From positions 12,898,001 through 12,962,000 of the forward strand of contig CM052818.1 in assembly GCA_028534125.1 (NCBI GenBank): DNA of 64,000 nucleotides, in the 5' to 3' direction. The DNA comes from Lama glama. Its lineage: Eukaryota. This document shows positions 1 to 13,196 of this stretch, piece by piece. The position numbers were made by a program, and so were the translations under genes. Under the pieces are notes generated by a model. That model had not been told where the DNA came from. It saw nothing but the letters and a program-made list of their open reading frames with translations, and ran no database searches. Numbering within the stretch: position 1 is the first letter of the stretch; each line of letters starts with the position of its first letter.

Positions 1-136
1 ATATTGTACAGCACAAGAAATACAGCTAGTATTTTATAATTACTTAAAACGGAGTAAAATCTATAAAAATTTCAAATCACTGTTGTACACCTGAAACTAA
101 TGTAATATTATAAATCAACTATACTTCAATAAAAAA
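1..136 (+). mobile_element. L1 3' end (L1MA-like), truncated by window start
   Basis: 3' UTR motif ...tgttgtacacctgaaactaatgtaatattataaatcaactatacttcaataaaaaa; similar to 19315-19455. Confidence 0.85.
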
Positions 137-289
137 TATTCTTTGATAGATGTCCTAAAATATGCTAGCTATATCAGTCTGATCAAACTTGCAAAGAATG
201 AAAAATCCCAAACAGAGTCAATTACGTAAATTTCCTGCTAGTGATATTTAAAGTCTGAACATGTCTAAAGAAAGAAGACTTGCTAACCC

Positions 290-752
290 GTGCCATTTTG
301 TCATCAGTTCCACCCTTGCTGTCTGGCTCCCAAGTAGTTCCAGGCACTGTAAAGCACTGGAGGAAGGTCAGAAGGTGAGAGGAAGGGAGAAATTGTATCT
401 CTTCCACTCTCTCTTTTTGCCAGCTGCAATATCTTTCTGCAGTGACTCTACTGCTTCCACAGCTCCTTGATAAATAGTCCACCCTTTGAGACTCAGCTCC
501 GATAAGCCAAACCTCACCCCAGCCGGGCTTTTGGCTCTCGTAAGATGAATCTCACTTCTTGATTCTGGAAACAGGTAGCCTCCTAGCCCTAGGAATGGTA
601 GCTATTTCCTTCTAGTGCTAATCTCTGTTATACTTCATTTGGGTTCTCCATTCTGTGATCACAGAATGTTACTGAACAATTAAGTGTTTTAAATTTCCTT
701 CTATTTCAATACATGGAGTGGTTTTAAAATCTTGGCTGAACCATGACTGATA
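290..752 (+). mobile_element. Ancient ERVL-class LTR (LTR33-like)
   Basis: End ...ttaaatttccttctatttcaatacatggagtggttt...ggctgaaccatgactgatac resembles the LTR33 terminus (recall). Confidence 0.55.
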
Positions 753-1604
753 CTGAGAATGTCAATTAAAAAAAAAAATCAGCCTTGAAAACCAAAAAAA
801 AAAAAAAAAAAAAAAAGACTGGCACAGAAGAAATCAACAGTAGAGTGCCATGTAGCCAAATATTCAGGGATGTGACCTCTCTTGTCCTAATGGCAGCTTT
901 ATCTGTGGAGAAATGGGTGAAGCACATATTTGCATTCTCTTTGTCTGGATTCAGTAATGTTTTAAAAGCTAACTTCAGTTTATAATTTTGAAACTCATGT
1001 AGCTTTGTCTACACAAAGAAAGTATACTAACTAATAGATATGATTTATCCTATCTCAGTGATTATTTATTTTCAATGTAAAATTTTTAAAAATTCTTCTG
1101 GTTTTAATCATCAGAATCAGAATCTGAAAGTTTTATATATGTGAGACTGCCCATGAGCATTTGATCTTCCTCTTCTGAGCCCAAAAGCTTAAAACCCCAA
1201 AGCCTAGAAGACAGAGGATTCTCCCAGGCAATTAATGTCACCATGTGAAGACCTATCTAACTGACGAGCTAGCCTTCCCTAGGCCTCAACTGATGGCATA
1301 TTACAACCTTGTCCTTCTGCATGTTGCAGAATTTCTTAGAAATTTTGTAAGTGAAATTTGCCCTATTCTACCCACAGGGTAGTTTTGAGGATTAAATGAT
1401 TTTGTGCATATGAAAACACATTTTGAGCTACCGATGACAGTGATAAAAACCATAAAGAAGTGTATAGATCATTGACTTTTTCATCATTAACTTAAATCTG
1501 TTAGCTTGATAATTAATAAAGAGCAGCTGAAAGGTGGGGATATTCCATAAAGGGTAGACTACTAGCTCACTGATCAAGTTAGCATTCACTTCAACTTCAC
1601 TTAC

Positions 1605-1678
1605 CGTATTAGGTCAGAACACTAATCGTCCATTAGGCTACCAATAAGGAGGAGTATATTACAGTTCAAGTTGGGATC
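1605..1678 (-). other. Candidate 74-nt non-coding exon
   Basis: Minus strand: acceptor ttacttgcattccctag| and donor ACG|GTAAGT; stops in all three frames. Confidence 0.3.
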
Positions 1679-1819
1679 CTAGGGAATGCAAGTAACTTAG
1701 AACAGTATGTGAGTATTTATAAAACTTGTTATTAATTTTTCTTGGAAAATAAAGATAGTTATAGACAAAAAAAGAAACAAGCTATAAGCAGAATATACAA
1801 ATTTATATTAATTAATTAC

Positions 1820-2395
1820 AGAAATACAAACATTTATTGGTTACCAATGATGGATAAAGTATTTGATAAGGCAACCAGATACAGAAACAAAACAAACAGA
1901 AACTCTACCTTAAGGAGCTCAGTGTAATAGAAAAGCAAATGTACATAAAGTGATTATGTAGCAAAATGAGAAGGGCAAAAATAAAAAAAAAAGAAGTACA
2001 AGATACAGAAGTACCAAAAAGTCACTGATGAATTATAGTTGGGAAATTCAAAAAAGATCATCAGAGGAGACTGGCTTTCTCAGGTAGATGAGTAATGGAG
2101 AGAAAACAGGAAATTCCAGATAGAGAAAGCAGGTATGCAAAGACATAAGTGTATGAAATTACATGGAACCTTCAGGGAATAGAATGCATCTGATGCAAAA
2201 AGAGGAGAAATGAGCAAGATAGAAGACTGCAGAGGTTGCAAGGGCTTTAATATGAGTGGCTTAACATTCAAAGCTGCCTTTTATATTTGGGCAATCAGAT
2301 GCCTCAAAAAGGTTTTAAGTAGTGAAGCAGTATTATCAGATTTGTATGTTAAAATGTGACTCTAATGACTATGTAGAGAATGGACAGGGGTGAAG
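1820..2395 (-). mobile_element. L2 fragment
   Basis: catttattgg...gatacaga...aaggagctcag...tcagatttgtatgttaaaatgtgactct: typical antisense L2 3' region. Confidence 0.65.
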
Positions 2396-4052
2396 TGTGG
2401 TAAGGGGCGATATACCCCATCAAACGTATTCAACAGATTTTAAAAATACACATCCAAAGTTTTTACTCCTACTAGGACATTTATGATCTCAAGCAACTGG
2501 ACAGAGGATGAGGGACCACATTAGGTTAATGAGCAGAAATTTTGTCTCCCTAGCATCATTCTGCAGGACTGAATTCAAGCCTCTTCCTTCTTCGTTGTAT
2601 CTTCTATTAAACTTCGATTCATTTTCATTCCTCTGAAGCAAAATCAAAGTTATAATCTAGCTAACTGTCATTTCCAGGCATGTGAAACAGAATAAACCCA
2701 ACCAGACACTCCTAGTACTTTGGCATGAATCAGACAAGCACATGGAGAGGGCAGGAGACAGAGGATGGGCAGCAGTGATCTTGCAAAAAGCAATGATTGA
2801 AGGAAGCTGCTTATTTCATGATTAAGAATAAATAGCAAGAGGTCAATGTGAGTCTTTCATAGGCAAAGACATTCGCATCCATAGTTGTACCCATGATGTC
2901 TGGCACATAGCAGTATTTCAATAAATGTTGAAAGAAAGTAATGACCAAAAATGTAAATAAGAGAGTGGGTATAAAGGTAGGAAAGAGAAAAGGAAAGTGG
3001 GGACAAAGGGAAAGAAAGGAAGAAGGAAGAAAGCAAAACAAAAGGAAAATTTCATTTTGGGGATTTATAATCATTTAGCAAAACTGCATTAACTAAACTC
3101 ACAAGGGGACAAATTCAGAAAACAGAAAGATCTATAGAAGCTTCACTTTACATTTAAAACCATGATTAAAATCAGATTATTTTTCTTAAGTTGAAGGTTT
3201 CCATGATAAACATAGATGTTGACAGTTTAGCTCTCAAGGGAAATTCAGGAAGCTAGGAATTGCTCACTCAGCTGTGACACCACTGACAAAGATCTAAAAA
3301 GAACAGAACATTTGGTAAAGAAAAAAATCACTGGATTCATGAACGCTTTGATGTGATCAACAGCATTTTCTGATATGCAGAGAGCACATGTCAGAGAGAT
3401 GGACAAGATCAGCTCCCAAAAGGCTGAAGAATTCAGCACCGAAACCTTCCAGCCACTTCACCTTGGCTTGCCTTGGCTGCCTGTTAGCGCTCCCCGAGGG
3501 ATAGATGCATTAGAGTTGATAGAAGCATAATTTGTACAGTGTAATTTAGGGAAAATATCAAACCACTTCCTCTTCACTTCAGGTTGCTGTATCAGCAGCA
3601 AAAAGCCTTCTTCATCTGGGTGAAGTTGGAAAGATTTTAGTTTTGTTTGTATTTCTAATGAGCTTGGGGCCTTTGTGAAGAAAGTTAAAAGCATCTGAGT
3701 AAATGTTTCTAAATCTTATTGTCATTTTAAAACTCAATACATTGGGAAGTCTGAGTCATGTCAGCTTCAGAGGAGCTAAATTTACAGCTCTCTAGTCAGC
3801 CAGTACCGTTCTTTTATAAGTCTACAAGTCTATTGTATCAAGCTCATTAACCTGTAGACAGTTTTAAAACCTTATGTGAAAAACTCATTTACAATATTGA
3901 ATGGGTTAGGTATTGAATGCCCCGATCCAGTATGCCTGCCTATTGTCTGAAACTTATTTTAGAGGAGGATGTGGCTGTATGTAGTCATCTCTAAAAATAA
4001 ATTTGAAGCTGACAATTCTTATTTCTCTTTAGGTTCAATCCCACTTAACATG

Positions 4053-4310
4053 GGAAGCAATTTACTGTAGTGTTTAACAGCTTCATAGTTGGAGAGTCTA
4101 CATTTGAATCCCATGTTTGTCACTCACTAAGCTGAACAACGTTGGTCAAGTTACTAAGCATATCTGTACCTCTGTTCTCTCAACAGGAAAGCAGAAATAG
4201 TAATACTATCTATGTAACTTAAAACAGCATTCGGAACACTAAATAAGTTAACCCTTGCTGATTACTTATAGCAATGCCTGACACATAGTCAACATTCAAG
4301 AAACATCAGG
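4053..4310 (+). mobile_element. MIR SINE
   Basis: ttgaatccc...ttggtcaagttactaagc...gcctgacacatagt MIR core and tail. Confidence 0.7.
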
Positions 4311-5438
4311 TACAATAATGATACTTATATGTCATTAATACTCAATATTCACAAAACAATAATTTACCTTTAATTTGTTCTCTGAAATCGACATGATCTA
4401 GTCTAGCCTATTTAAAAAGAAATGCTAGTCAAGATCCATTAAATTGATTTTATAAACTAGAAATAGATCACAGCCCTTGGTATGAAAAACCATATTCTAG
4501 AGGACAGGAGCTAATCAGATAAACTGCTATATTGTTAAAAGAGGACATAAAGCAATGAATTAGCCCTAGAAGAACAGGTTTGCCTGTTATCAGAGGCCTA
4601 AAATGACTTAACCTAAAAGAAATGTGTAGGAATGATGGATAAGTAGGAGCAATACTGCAAGATTCACCTCGATTCCCTAAATCCATGTTAAATGTGATCC
4701 ATTCCTGAGTCTGGTTAAGTTCTTCTATCAACAACTATTTCTGCAATATCTGTTCATAATTCTCAACTGGGCATTAAGATAAGAGATACATGTCTATGAC
4801 AGCCCACTAATAATTTAAAGTGTGGTGCCTACTCTCAGAAAAGGCTGATCAGAAATCATGCACTTAAGAAGAACTTACAATGCCAGAAAACTCTCCATTA
4901 ATGGTCTTGTGACTAAATGCAGATGGCTTCTTATTAATGGAGCTTTCTGAAAATTACACTAGAGCAATACAAAATAATACTGCACCTACAGGATAAAATG
5001 ATACATTTTCTTAGTTGATTCTATTTAGAAAATAAGCTAATGTACTGTTTGCTTCCATGACAGAGAGAGAAAGAGAAAGAGAGAGAGATTAGTTTTCCTA
5101 CCCTGCTCAAGCATTTCCTTGAAGAGGTAAATAAAAGCACTTACTTTGCAATAAATCAGATGCAATCTATAAAACTTTAACCCAAGTTGCATTCTTTTAT
5201 TATCTTTTTTTTTTCTTGTTTGATGTTAGGGTCATATGATCAGATTTGAAGACAAAACAACATTTCCACAGAATGCACTCCTCTAGTAGCCTTATAAAAC
5301 TACTCATGTTACTTGAATAAAGCTATTTACTATAAAGTCAAAACAAAATAATCTTTAAAGTCTATATGCTTTATATTTTTCCTACCAATAAACTATAGTC
5401 TTCAGACTATTTCTTTAAACAAATAGTTAAATTAATCC

Positions 5439-5510
5439 AAGGAAGGAAGGAAGGAAGGAAGGAAAGGAGGGAGGGAGGGGGGAAGGAAGGAAGAAAGGAA
5501 GAAAGGAAGG
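5439..5510 (+). repeat. (GGAA)n/(GGGA)n purine microsatellite
   Basis: Direct reading. Confidence 0.95.
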
Positions 5511-7117
5511 GCGAGCCAGCCACCTGGCCTGGCTCAAAAAATGTGAAAGAGGATACAGGGTTGAATTGAGCCATTACTAAGAAACAGCTAGGACTGAAAC
5601 TGGAATTACACCTGAATTCAGCTAAAATGAATGTTACTATTATTAGTTATTGCCTAACACTGTGACTCAGACCAATCCAGGAGATTTGAAGGCTTCTAAA
5701 TTAGTCTTTTGCTTTCCTATGTTCAAATAAGTTTTCTTCTCCCTTCAGAGTATTTTTATTTCATCTTTATACTATTTTGATCTTTCACTGCTAGAAAATT
5801 TTATAACACTAAGACTGGTATACTGAGGTCATCTTGTTTCTGAAGCATCAGTCAATCATAAACGCTGCTCAAATGAAGCTCTACTATTGATAAACCTTTC
5901 CTACGTGATCAGTCTTATTAAATTGCTGGAAACAGATGAGTGACAGTTCTGAGTGATGTATACTGGAGTTGAGATAAACAGAAGCAGACATTAAAACAAT
6001 AAAAAATAATTAAAAATTTAAAACATTATCCAACTGCAGCTTCCAGTCATTGTATGTAGCAATCCAATCCATTCATTTCTAGGATATTCCTAAGGGAAAT
6101 TATACAATACGAAAGCACAGATTTGTTTCAGAATGAGAAAAATCAGCCTAACAGTTCTCTCTCCTTTCATATTTACAGTCAATCACATGAAATATTCAAG
6201 CAGGAAATTACCCCAGGATCTAAATCATCCATAAATAATTCAAATTGTCATTTTTTTGGCAGATCCACTAAAAGCACTGTTTTTTATTTATAAAGCGATT
6301 GAGAAATTTAATACTGAAGAACATATGTACATGGGGAATATATCCAGTGTTTTACAGTAAAACCTGTCATGCTCTCATGTTCCCAATTGACGCTCTGATG
6401 TATAGGTTCAGAAACTGACATTCTATTTAGAGCTAGTGATTAGCAAGCCAGAGGGGATGCCTTACTTTGCATAAAGACACCTAATAAAGTTTCAAATCTT
6501 AGATGGCATTTACAGTAATAATTTTATGATACTATTCAAAAAAAAGTTTACTTTGAACATTAGGCTAACTGATTAATGTCCAGTTATGAAAGTGACTCAT
6601 CAAGTGCCTAATGTCCACCTGTCACTCTATTTGGTGTTTTAGAGGAGGAAGACAAGATATAACACAGTCCTTACAACAAAGTCCTACTACACTTAGGGAG
6701 AGATGTACACATTTTTTTAAAATGAACTTTACATAAAACAATATGCTGTATAGCAGCTTGCATTGTAAATTATAATTAAACGTCATGTTTCAAAATCTCA
6801 TCATTTCATTAAACTGCTTGTGATCAAACCTTCCATTGTATAATTTTTCTATCTTTCCGAGTACCACCTAAGGTGGGATGAAGAACAGGAACATAAATTC
6901 AGTTGTCCTCATGTCAAATACTTGGCATAGCCTAAAGCGTCTATCGATTTAGCTATAAGGTTTTGGTTGGAAAGTACACAGATATACAGGTACATGAAAC
7001 TTTCTCATGCCATACCAGGTTATGGTTAATTAGACCAAAATCCATGCAGAGGCTGGCTTTGTAAACATGAAGAGGCATACAAAATTAAGCCCTATAATTT
7101 GTAATCATGAATTTACT

Positions 7118-7459
7118 TGTTAAACAAGTATCTACTGAGAGTGTGCTATGTACTGGCATGTGTTCTAAACACTTATAATACAGATATAAATCAAATATAC
7201 CAGTCACAGTAAAAGAGACAAATATATTTATTAGTAAAAAGTAAGTATTATAGTAAATACATTCTAATATTTTGGATGATATTTTGGGAACCACAAGAAA
7301 GCACAACTAACCCTTAAGTGATGCAGAGTCGGTAAAAAAATTGTCAAAGGAGATTTCATTGAGGTAGTGATATTTGAAGTAAGTTCTAAAGAGTAATTTT
7401 GAAACTGCATTCTAGGAGGAATCAAATATCCAAAGACACCCTAGAAATGGCATGACAAG
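7118..7459 (-). mobile_element. L2, part left of an L1 insertion
   Basis: caagtatctactgagagtgtgctatgtactggc...gaggtagtgatatttgaag; appears to continue at 10868. Confidence 0.6.
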
Positions 7460-9251
7460 ACATCAAGTTTCAGCTTCATGTAAAGAGCTTAGAAGTTACT
7501 GCTCCAGATAAAAGCTAGAAAACTGAAAAATCGATGAATTTTCTTGGAAACATTAGAGATCTGAAGTCTCATGAAAAACTACCACTTCCAAATCTGGATA
7601 GAGACAGGACCACTCAGAGAGTCAGAACAGAGATTTGCTAACTGGAGAAGATGCTACTGGAACCACATTTCAGTAGGAACATTTAAACTGTCATTTTTAT
7701 GAATTTCTGGAGGCTTAGGGTAGACTAGCTTCAGAGTGACAATTTTAGTGTTGCAATCTTAGGAGTGCTCATACTTTTGGGGGCTTTATCTCAAGGAATC
7801 TTACTAGGTTCTCACAGTGAGGATTCAAGAAAAATTCCCTTATGGCTTTGGCAAGGGGAGAGAAGACAATATTTGTGAAATAAGCCCAGAAAATTCTCTT
7901 TAACAAATGCCTACTCTCCAGGTGAAAAGGTTTCACCAGAGATGTATTTCAGCTAGAAGGAGGGAATCCCACCCAATTCAGACCCTTCCTGCCTGTTGTC
8001 TCAACTAAAGAAAAAAAATTTATCAAACAGGTTCAGGGCTTCAGGGAAATAGACTGGTTACTATTGAAACCAATAGAATGTTTCTGCCAAAGGAAGGAGT
8101 AGGCAGTGGAGAAAATAAACAGCAGCGACACTCCTTGAGAAACACTTGTGAAGGTCACAGCCTCATGAACCTACTAAAACCCTGAGATATAATGAGACGA
8201 TTATAGAACATTTCCACTCCCCAATACCTTACCCTCACATTCACAGAGAACCAGTATAGCAACAGTGAATTACAGCTGAAAGGGTAATAAGGTACCAAAT
8301 CTCTCTGAGAAGTTCTTTAAAAAGTCCAGTCAAGAGATTCAAGGAAACCAAAGTCCCGGGCACCTGTAGCTACAAAAAAACAGTAAGTACAGCACAACTC
8401 CTAGCCAGATTATCATAACTCCTCACACTCAAGGCCTCAACTCCTCGTATCTGGTATAACATGTTTAGGATCTAACAACAACAACAACAACCACCCTACA
8501 AAACATGTCAAAAAAGCAAGAAAAACACAGTCTAAATAAACTTAAGAAATAACCAGAACTAGAACCAACCAGATGTCACTTAGATGTTGGGATTATCAAA
8601 GAGAGTTAAATATTATTAAACTTTTAAGAACTCTAATAGAAAAAGTAGACAAAATACAGAAACAGATGGTTATTGTAAGCAGAGACAAGAAAACTCTTAA
8701 GAAGAACCAAAAGGAAATGCTAGAAATAAAACACTATAACAAATATGAAGAATGCTTTGATGGGCTCATGAGTAAACTTGACAAGTATAAGGAAAGAATC
8801 GGTAATCTTGAAGATAGGTCAAGAGAAACTGCCCAAATTAAAATGCAAAGAGAAAAAAAAATAATTAAAAAAAAAGTATCCAAGAACTCTGAGGCAATAT
8901 CAAAAGAATAACATATACATAATCAGAACGTCAGAAGGAGAATAAAGAGAGAAGTTAGCAGAAAAATATTTGAAGCAATATAACAGAATTTTCCAAAATT
9001 AAAGACATACTCCAAACCAAAGATCAAGAAGAAACTCAAAAAATACAAAGCAATACACACACACACTCACACAAAAAAAGTCACTTGGGTATATCATATT
9101 CAATTTGTAGGAAAAAAAGACAAGCAGAAAATCATGAAAGAAGGAAGGTGAGAGAATCTTATCTCTAGAGAAACAAGGATAACAATTATAGTGCATATCT
9201 TTCACCAGCCACCATGCAAGGAATAAGAAAATGTTGAGGAAAAAAAAAAAA

Positions 9252-9751
9252 NNNNNNNNNNNNNNNNNNNNNNNNNNNNNNNNNNNNNNNNNNNNNNNNN
9301 NNNNNNNNNNNNNNNNNNNNNNNNNNNNNNNNNNNNNNNNNNNNNNNNNNNNNNNNNNNNNNNNNNNNNNNNNNNNNNNNNNNNNNNNNNNNNNNNNNNN
9401 NNNNNNNNNNNNNNNNNNNNNNNNNNNNNNNNNNNNNNNNNNNNNNNNNNNNNNNNNNNNNNNNNNNNNNNNNNNNNNNNNNNNNNNNNNNNNNNNNNNN
9501 NNNNNNNNNNNNNNNNNNNNNNNNNNNNNNNNNNNNNNNNNNNNNNNNNNNNNNNNNNNNNNNNNNNNNNNNNNNNNNNNNNNNNNNNNNNNNNNNNNNN
9601 NNNNNNNNNNNNNNNNNNNNNNNNNNNNNNNNNNNNNNNNNNNNNNNNNNNNNNNNNNNNNNNNNNNNNNNNNNNNNNNNNNNNNNNNNNNNNNNNNNNN
9701 NNNNNNNNNNNNNNNNNNNNNNNNNNNNNNNNNNNNNNNNNNNNNNNNNNN
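9252..9751. other. Assembly gap (500 N)
   Basis: N run. Confidence 1.
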
Positions 9752-10165
9752 AACACCATTTGCAGCAACGTGGATGTTCCTGGAGAATGTCATTCTAAGT
9801 GAAGTAAGCCCGAAAGAGAAAGAAAAACACCACATGAGATCACTCACATGTGGAATCTAAAAAAAAAAAGAACATAAATACAAACAGAAACAGACTCATA
9901 GACATAAAATACAAACTTGTGGTTGCCAAGGGGGCAGGGGGTCGGAAGGGATAGACTGGGATTTCAAAATGTAGAATAGATAAACAAGATTATACTGTAC
10001 AGCACAGGGAAACATACACAAGATCTTGTGGCAGCTCACAGCGAAAAAAAATGTGATAATGAATATATGTATGTTCATGTATAACTGGAAAATTGTGCTC
10101 TACACTGGAATTTGACACAGCATTGTAAAATGACTATAACTCAAAAAAATGTTAAAAAAAAAAAA
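9752..10165 (+). mobile_element. Young lineage-specific L1 3' end nested in the older L1
   Basis: ORF2 C-terminus TPFAATWMFLENVILSEVS, 3' UTR and A-tail; near-identical to ~27316-27741. Confidence 0.92.
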
Positions 10166-10867
10166 GACCAAACTATATGTGGCCTATAGGAAATATATCT
10201 TAAATATAAAGACTCAGGTAGGTAAATAATACAGGGATAGAGAGAAAACTTTATGATGCTAACACTAAGCAAAAGCAAGCTGAGGTGATTATATTAATTT
10301 CAGACTAAGCAGAGATCATTAGAGGTATTACATGATGATAAAGAGGCCAATTCCCCAAGATGACACAGCAATCTTAAAAGTGAATGCACCTTACAAAAGA
10401 CTTTCAAAATATATAAAGCAAAAACTGTAAGGATAAATAGATGAATCCAGTATCACAGTTGGAGGCTTCAACATATCTCTGCCAGTAGTTGACAGATCAA
10501 GCAGTCAGAAAAGCAGTAAGAATATATATGACCTAAGTAGTATTAACAATCAAGTTGATCTAGTTGATATTTGTAGAATATTCCACCCAACATCAGAATA
10601 CACATTTTTTCAAGCTTACATGGTATGTTCACCAGGAGAGACCATATGTGGGGCCACAGCACACACCTTAGCAAATTTTAAAGAACATAAACCATACAAA
10701 GTATGTTCCCAGACCTCAGTGGAATTAAACTAGAAATCAGTAGTTTAGAAAGGTAGCTGGAAAATCATCAAATATTTAGAAATTAAACAATATATTTCTA
10801 AATAACCTATGGGTCAGAAAAAAAGTTTCAAGGGAAATTTTTTAAATGCCTGAAATGGCATGACAAG

Positions 10868-11280
10868 TGCATTGAACTCTAGCATAACTTGCTGTGTGAG
10901 AGAGAAAGCACGACTGGAAAATGGACAGGATTCAGAATAAAAAAAGCTTTCCAGAGCGTAGTAGGAAGTTTAGTCTTTATTCTGTAAGTAAAACTGTACC
11001 ACTGATGTCACTGAGATCATATATGCATTTTAGAACAATCTTTACTAGAGGTGTTGACAAATCAGTAGGCTATACAAATAGAGTAGGGCAAATATTCCCA
11101 ACTAATGCTGAAGCAGCATGATGGGAAAGGAAGAATGCCAAATGATACCCAAGAGGTGAAAGGTGAAATCAATAGAACTTTGTGCCTCTCTACAGACTGG
11201 AGGTACAGAAAATGGAAGATGACTTTCAAGTATCTGGTTTGGGCAAACAGATGATGGCTCTATTCAGTGAGAGAAGAAGT
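10868..11280 (-). mobile_element. L2, part right of the L1 insertion
   Basis: gtaggaagtttagtctttattct...gcattttagaacaatc...gatgactttcaagtatctggtttgggc antisense L2 pattern. Confidence 0.65.
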
Positions 11281-11454
11281 GAAAACATTTATTTGTAATA
11301 CACAGATGTTACTTTTTAACAATTTAAGTACAAATGGTTATTTTATGACTAGCTGTAAACAATTTATTCTTGTAGGAAGGATTCTAAAAGTCTTATTTTG
11401 AAAATCATTTTTATGATTTTATGAACTACTAGAGAGTAAAACTATCATTTTATA

Positions 11455-12130
11455 AGATTTTTCTTTATTCAAATAGCCTTATTGAGATATAATTCATATT
11501 TATCCAACTGATGTTTACAATTCAATGGTTTTTTAGTATATTCAGAGTTTTGCAACGATTACTGCTATCTAATTTTAGAAACTTTTCATCATTCCCAAAA
11601 ACCATATACCCACTAGCAGTAACTCCCCAATCCTCTCTCCACCTAGCCCTATGCAACCAGTAATCTACACTCTGTCTCTATTAGATTTGCCTATTCTAGC
11701 CAGTTTATATAAATGGAATTATATGATATATGGTCTCTTGTAATTGTCTTCTTTCATTTAGTATGTTTTCAAAGTTCATCCATGTTATAGCATATCTCAG
11801 TTCTTCATTCACTTTTATTATCAAATAGTTTTCGATTGTATAGATATACCACACTTTGTTTATTTCTCATTTGATAGACATTTAGATTGTTTCTGTTTTT
11901 GGCTATTATGGATAATGCTGATATGAACATTCATGTACAATATTCTGTGGGCACATGTCGGATCTATACCTAGGAGTGAACTAATCTAATTTTTAAATGG
12001 GCAAAGAATTTGAACAGAAGATACACAAATGGCCAAAAAGTACCTGAAGAGATGCTCAATATTTTTAGTCATTAGGGAAATACAAATTCATACAAATTCC
12101 AACTACAATGAGATACTTCTCACATCTGCT
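11455..12130 (-). mobile_element. L1MB-like 3' end with inverted 5' segment
   Basis: 11455-11980 is antisense L1 3' end; 11981-12130 is sense-orientation ORF2 tail (aaatgggcaaagaatttgaacag...actacaatgagatac). Confidence 0.8.
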
Positions 12131-12492
12131 ATTTATATATATATGAAATCCCCACATTGTCATTAATGTTACTAAATTATGACAGAATTAATTATTTTCT
12201 CACTATATGAATGTTCACTATAGCAAGTTTCTATCCCTTGAAATTACACTGAATATCTATCATAAGAAAACAATACTCATTTCTGCAATACTGGCTTTAT
12301 TATAGCAAGAACATTTTGTTCCTACCCATAAAAAAAACTCTACATAAAAATGTCATTTCGCTTTTTAGCATTTTACGTTTATGTAAAGTAACAATGCTAA
12401 AAGTATCTTTTCATATAAATCTCAAAAAAACGCATCTATGGAAATAACCTGATTCAAGAAGAACACTTGGAATATACAACTCAAATGTCTAC

Positions 12493-12520
12493 CTGTACTT
12501 GCGATGTTCACGGTGAGTCT
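12493..12520 (-). other. Candidate 28-nt micro-exon
   Basis: tttag|AGACTCACCGTGAACATCGCAAGTACAG|gtagac; retains CpGs; weak donor, and a + strand donor ACG|GTGAGT overlaps it. Confidence 0.2.
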
Positions 12521-12698
12521 CTAAATGTCAGAGGCCACGGAATAACAACCATTAAAACAACTCTTAAAATTTACAAGCAAAATTTGGGGCTGTGAATAAA
12601 AGATTATTTTAGCTTCCTTTGCCTTAAACTTCTAAATCATATAATCACAATACCAGAAAAAATTCTCAAGGTCATATAGAAAAACCATATGCTAGAAA

Positions 12699-12772
12699 AC
12701 CAGGAATTAGTAATTATGTATTATTATGCCTACTAGACCAGGAATTAGTAATTACGTATTATTATGCCTACT
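12699..12772 (+). repeat. Tandem duplication, 38-bp period
   Basis: accaggaattagtaatta(t/c)gtattattatgcctact twice, one mismatch. Confidence 0.95.
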
Positions 12773-13152
12773 TTGTTTCTTCCTATCTGAGAGACCTTGG
12801 ACAAGGCATTTAACCCATCTGAATTTCAGTTTCTTTGCACGATAAATGAAAGCATTATGCTGAATTACCCATAAAATCACTACCTATGACTAATCTAAAT
12901 AATATGATTCCATCTATATTCTTACATTTAAATATTCAAAGAATTCTAAATATACATGCATCAAAATAAAGAAAGCCTCTTCTCTTTTAAAGGAGTATTT
13001 TCCATAAGACTCAGAGTACTAGATTTTTATTTTAGATGACCTTAGTGGGAGTAATAAACAGCATAAGAAATAAGAGCAATGAAAATTTATATCATGCATC
13101 GGTCCACCTGGTTTTTATTACTATTATTAAGAATTATTCATTATAATAATAG

Positions 13153-13196
13153 TCATTATTGCATATGAAATATTAATATTTCATATGCAATAATGA
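13153..13196. repeat. Perfect 44-bp palindrome
   Basis: tcattattgcatatgaaatatt|aatatttcatatgcaataatga. Confidence 0.97.

Larger units (their letters stand above)
7460..10851 (+). mobile_element. Old L1 (5' UTR, ORF1, endonuclease part of ORF2), 3'-truncated, with 16-bp TSD
   Basis: ORF 8573-8911 is ORF1 coiled-coil-like; 10166-10845 is decayed endonuclease-domain sequence; GAAATGGCATGACAAG at 7444-7459 and 10852-10867. Confidence 0.85.

Noticed and set aside
8999..9860. Long ORFs (188-282 aa) in the track, also at 26616-27230 and 58788-59473
   Set aside because: Artefacts of translating N gaps.
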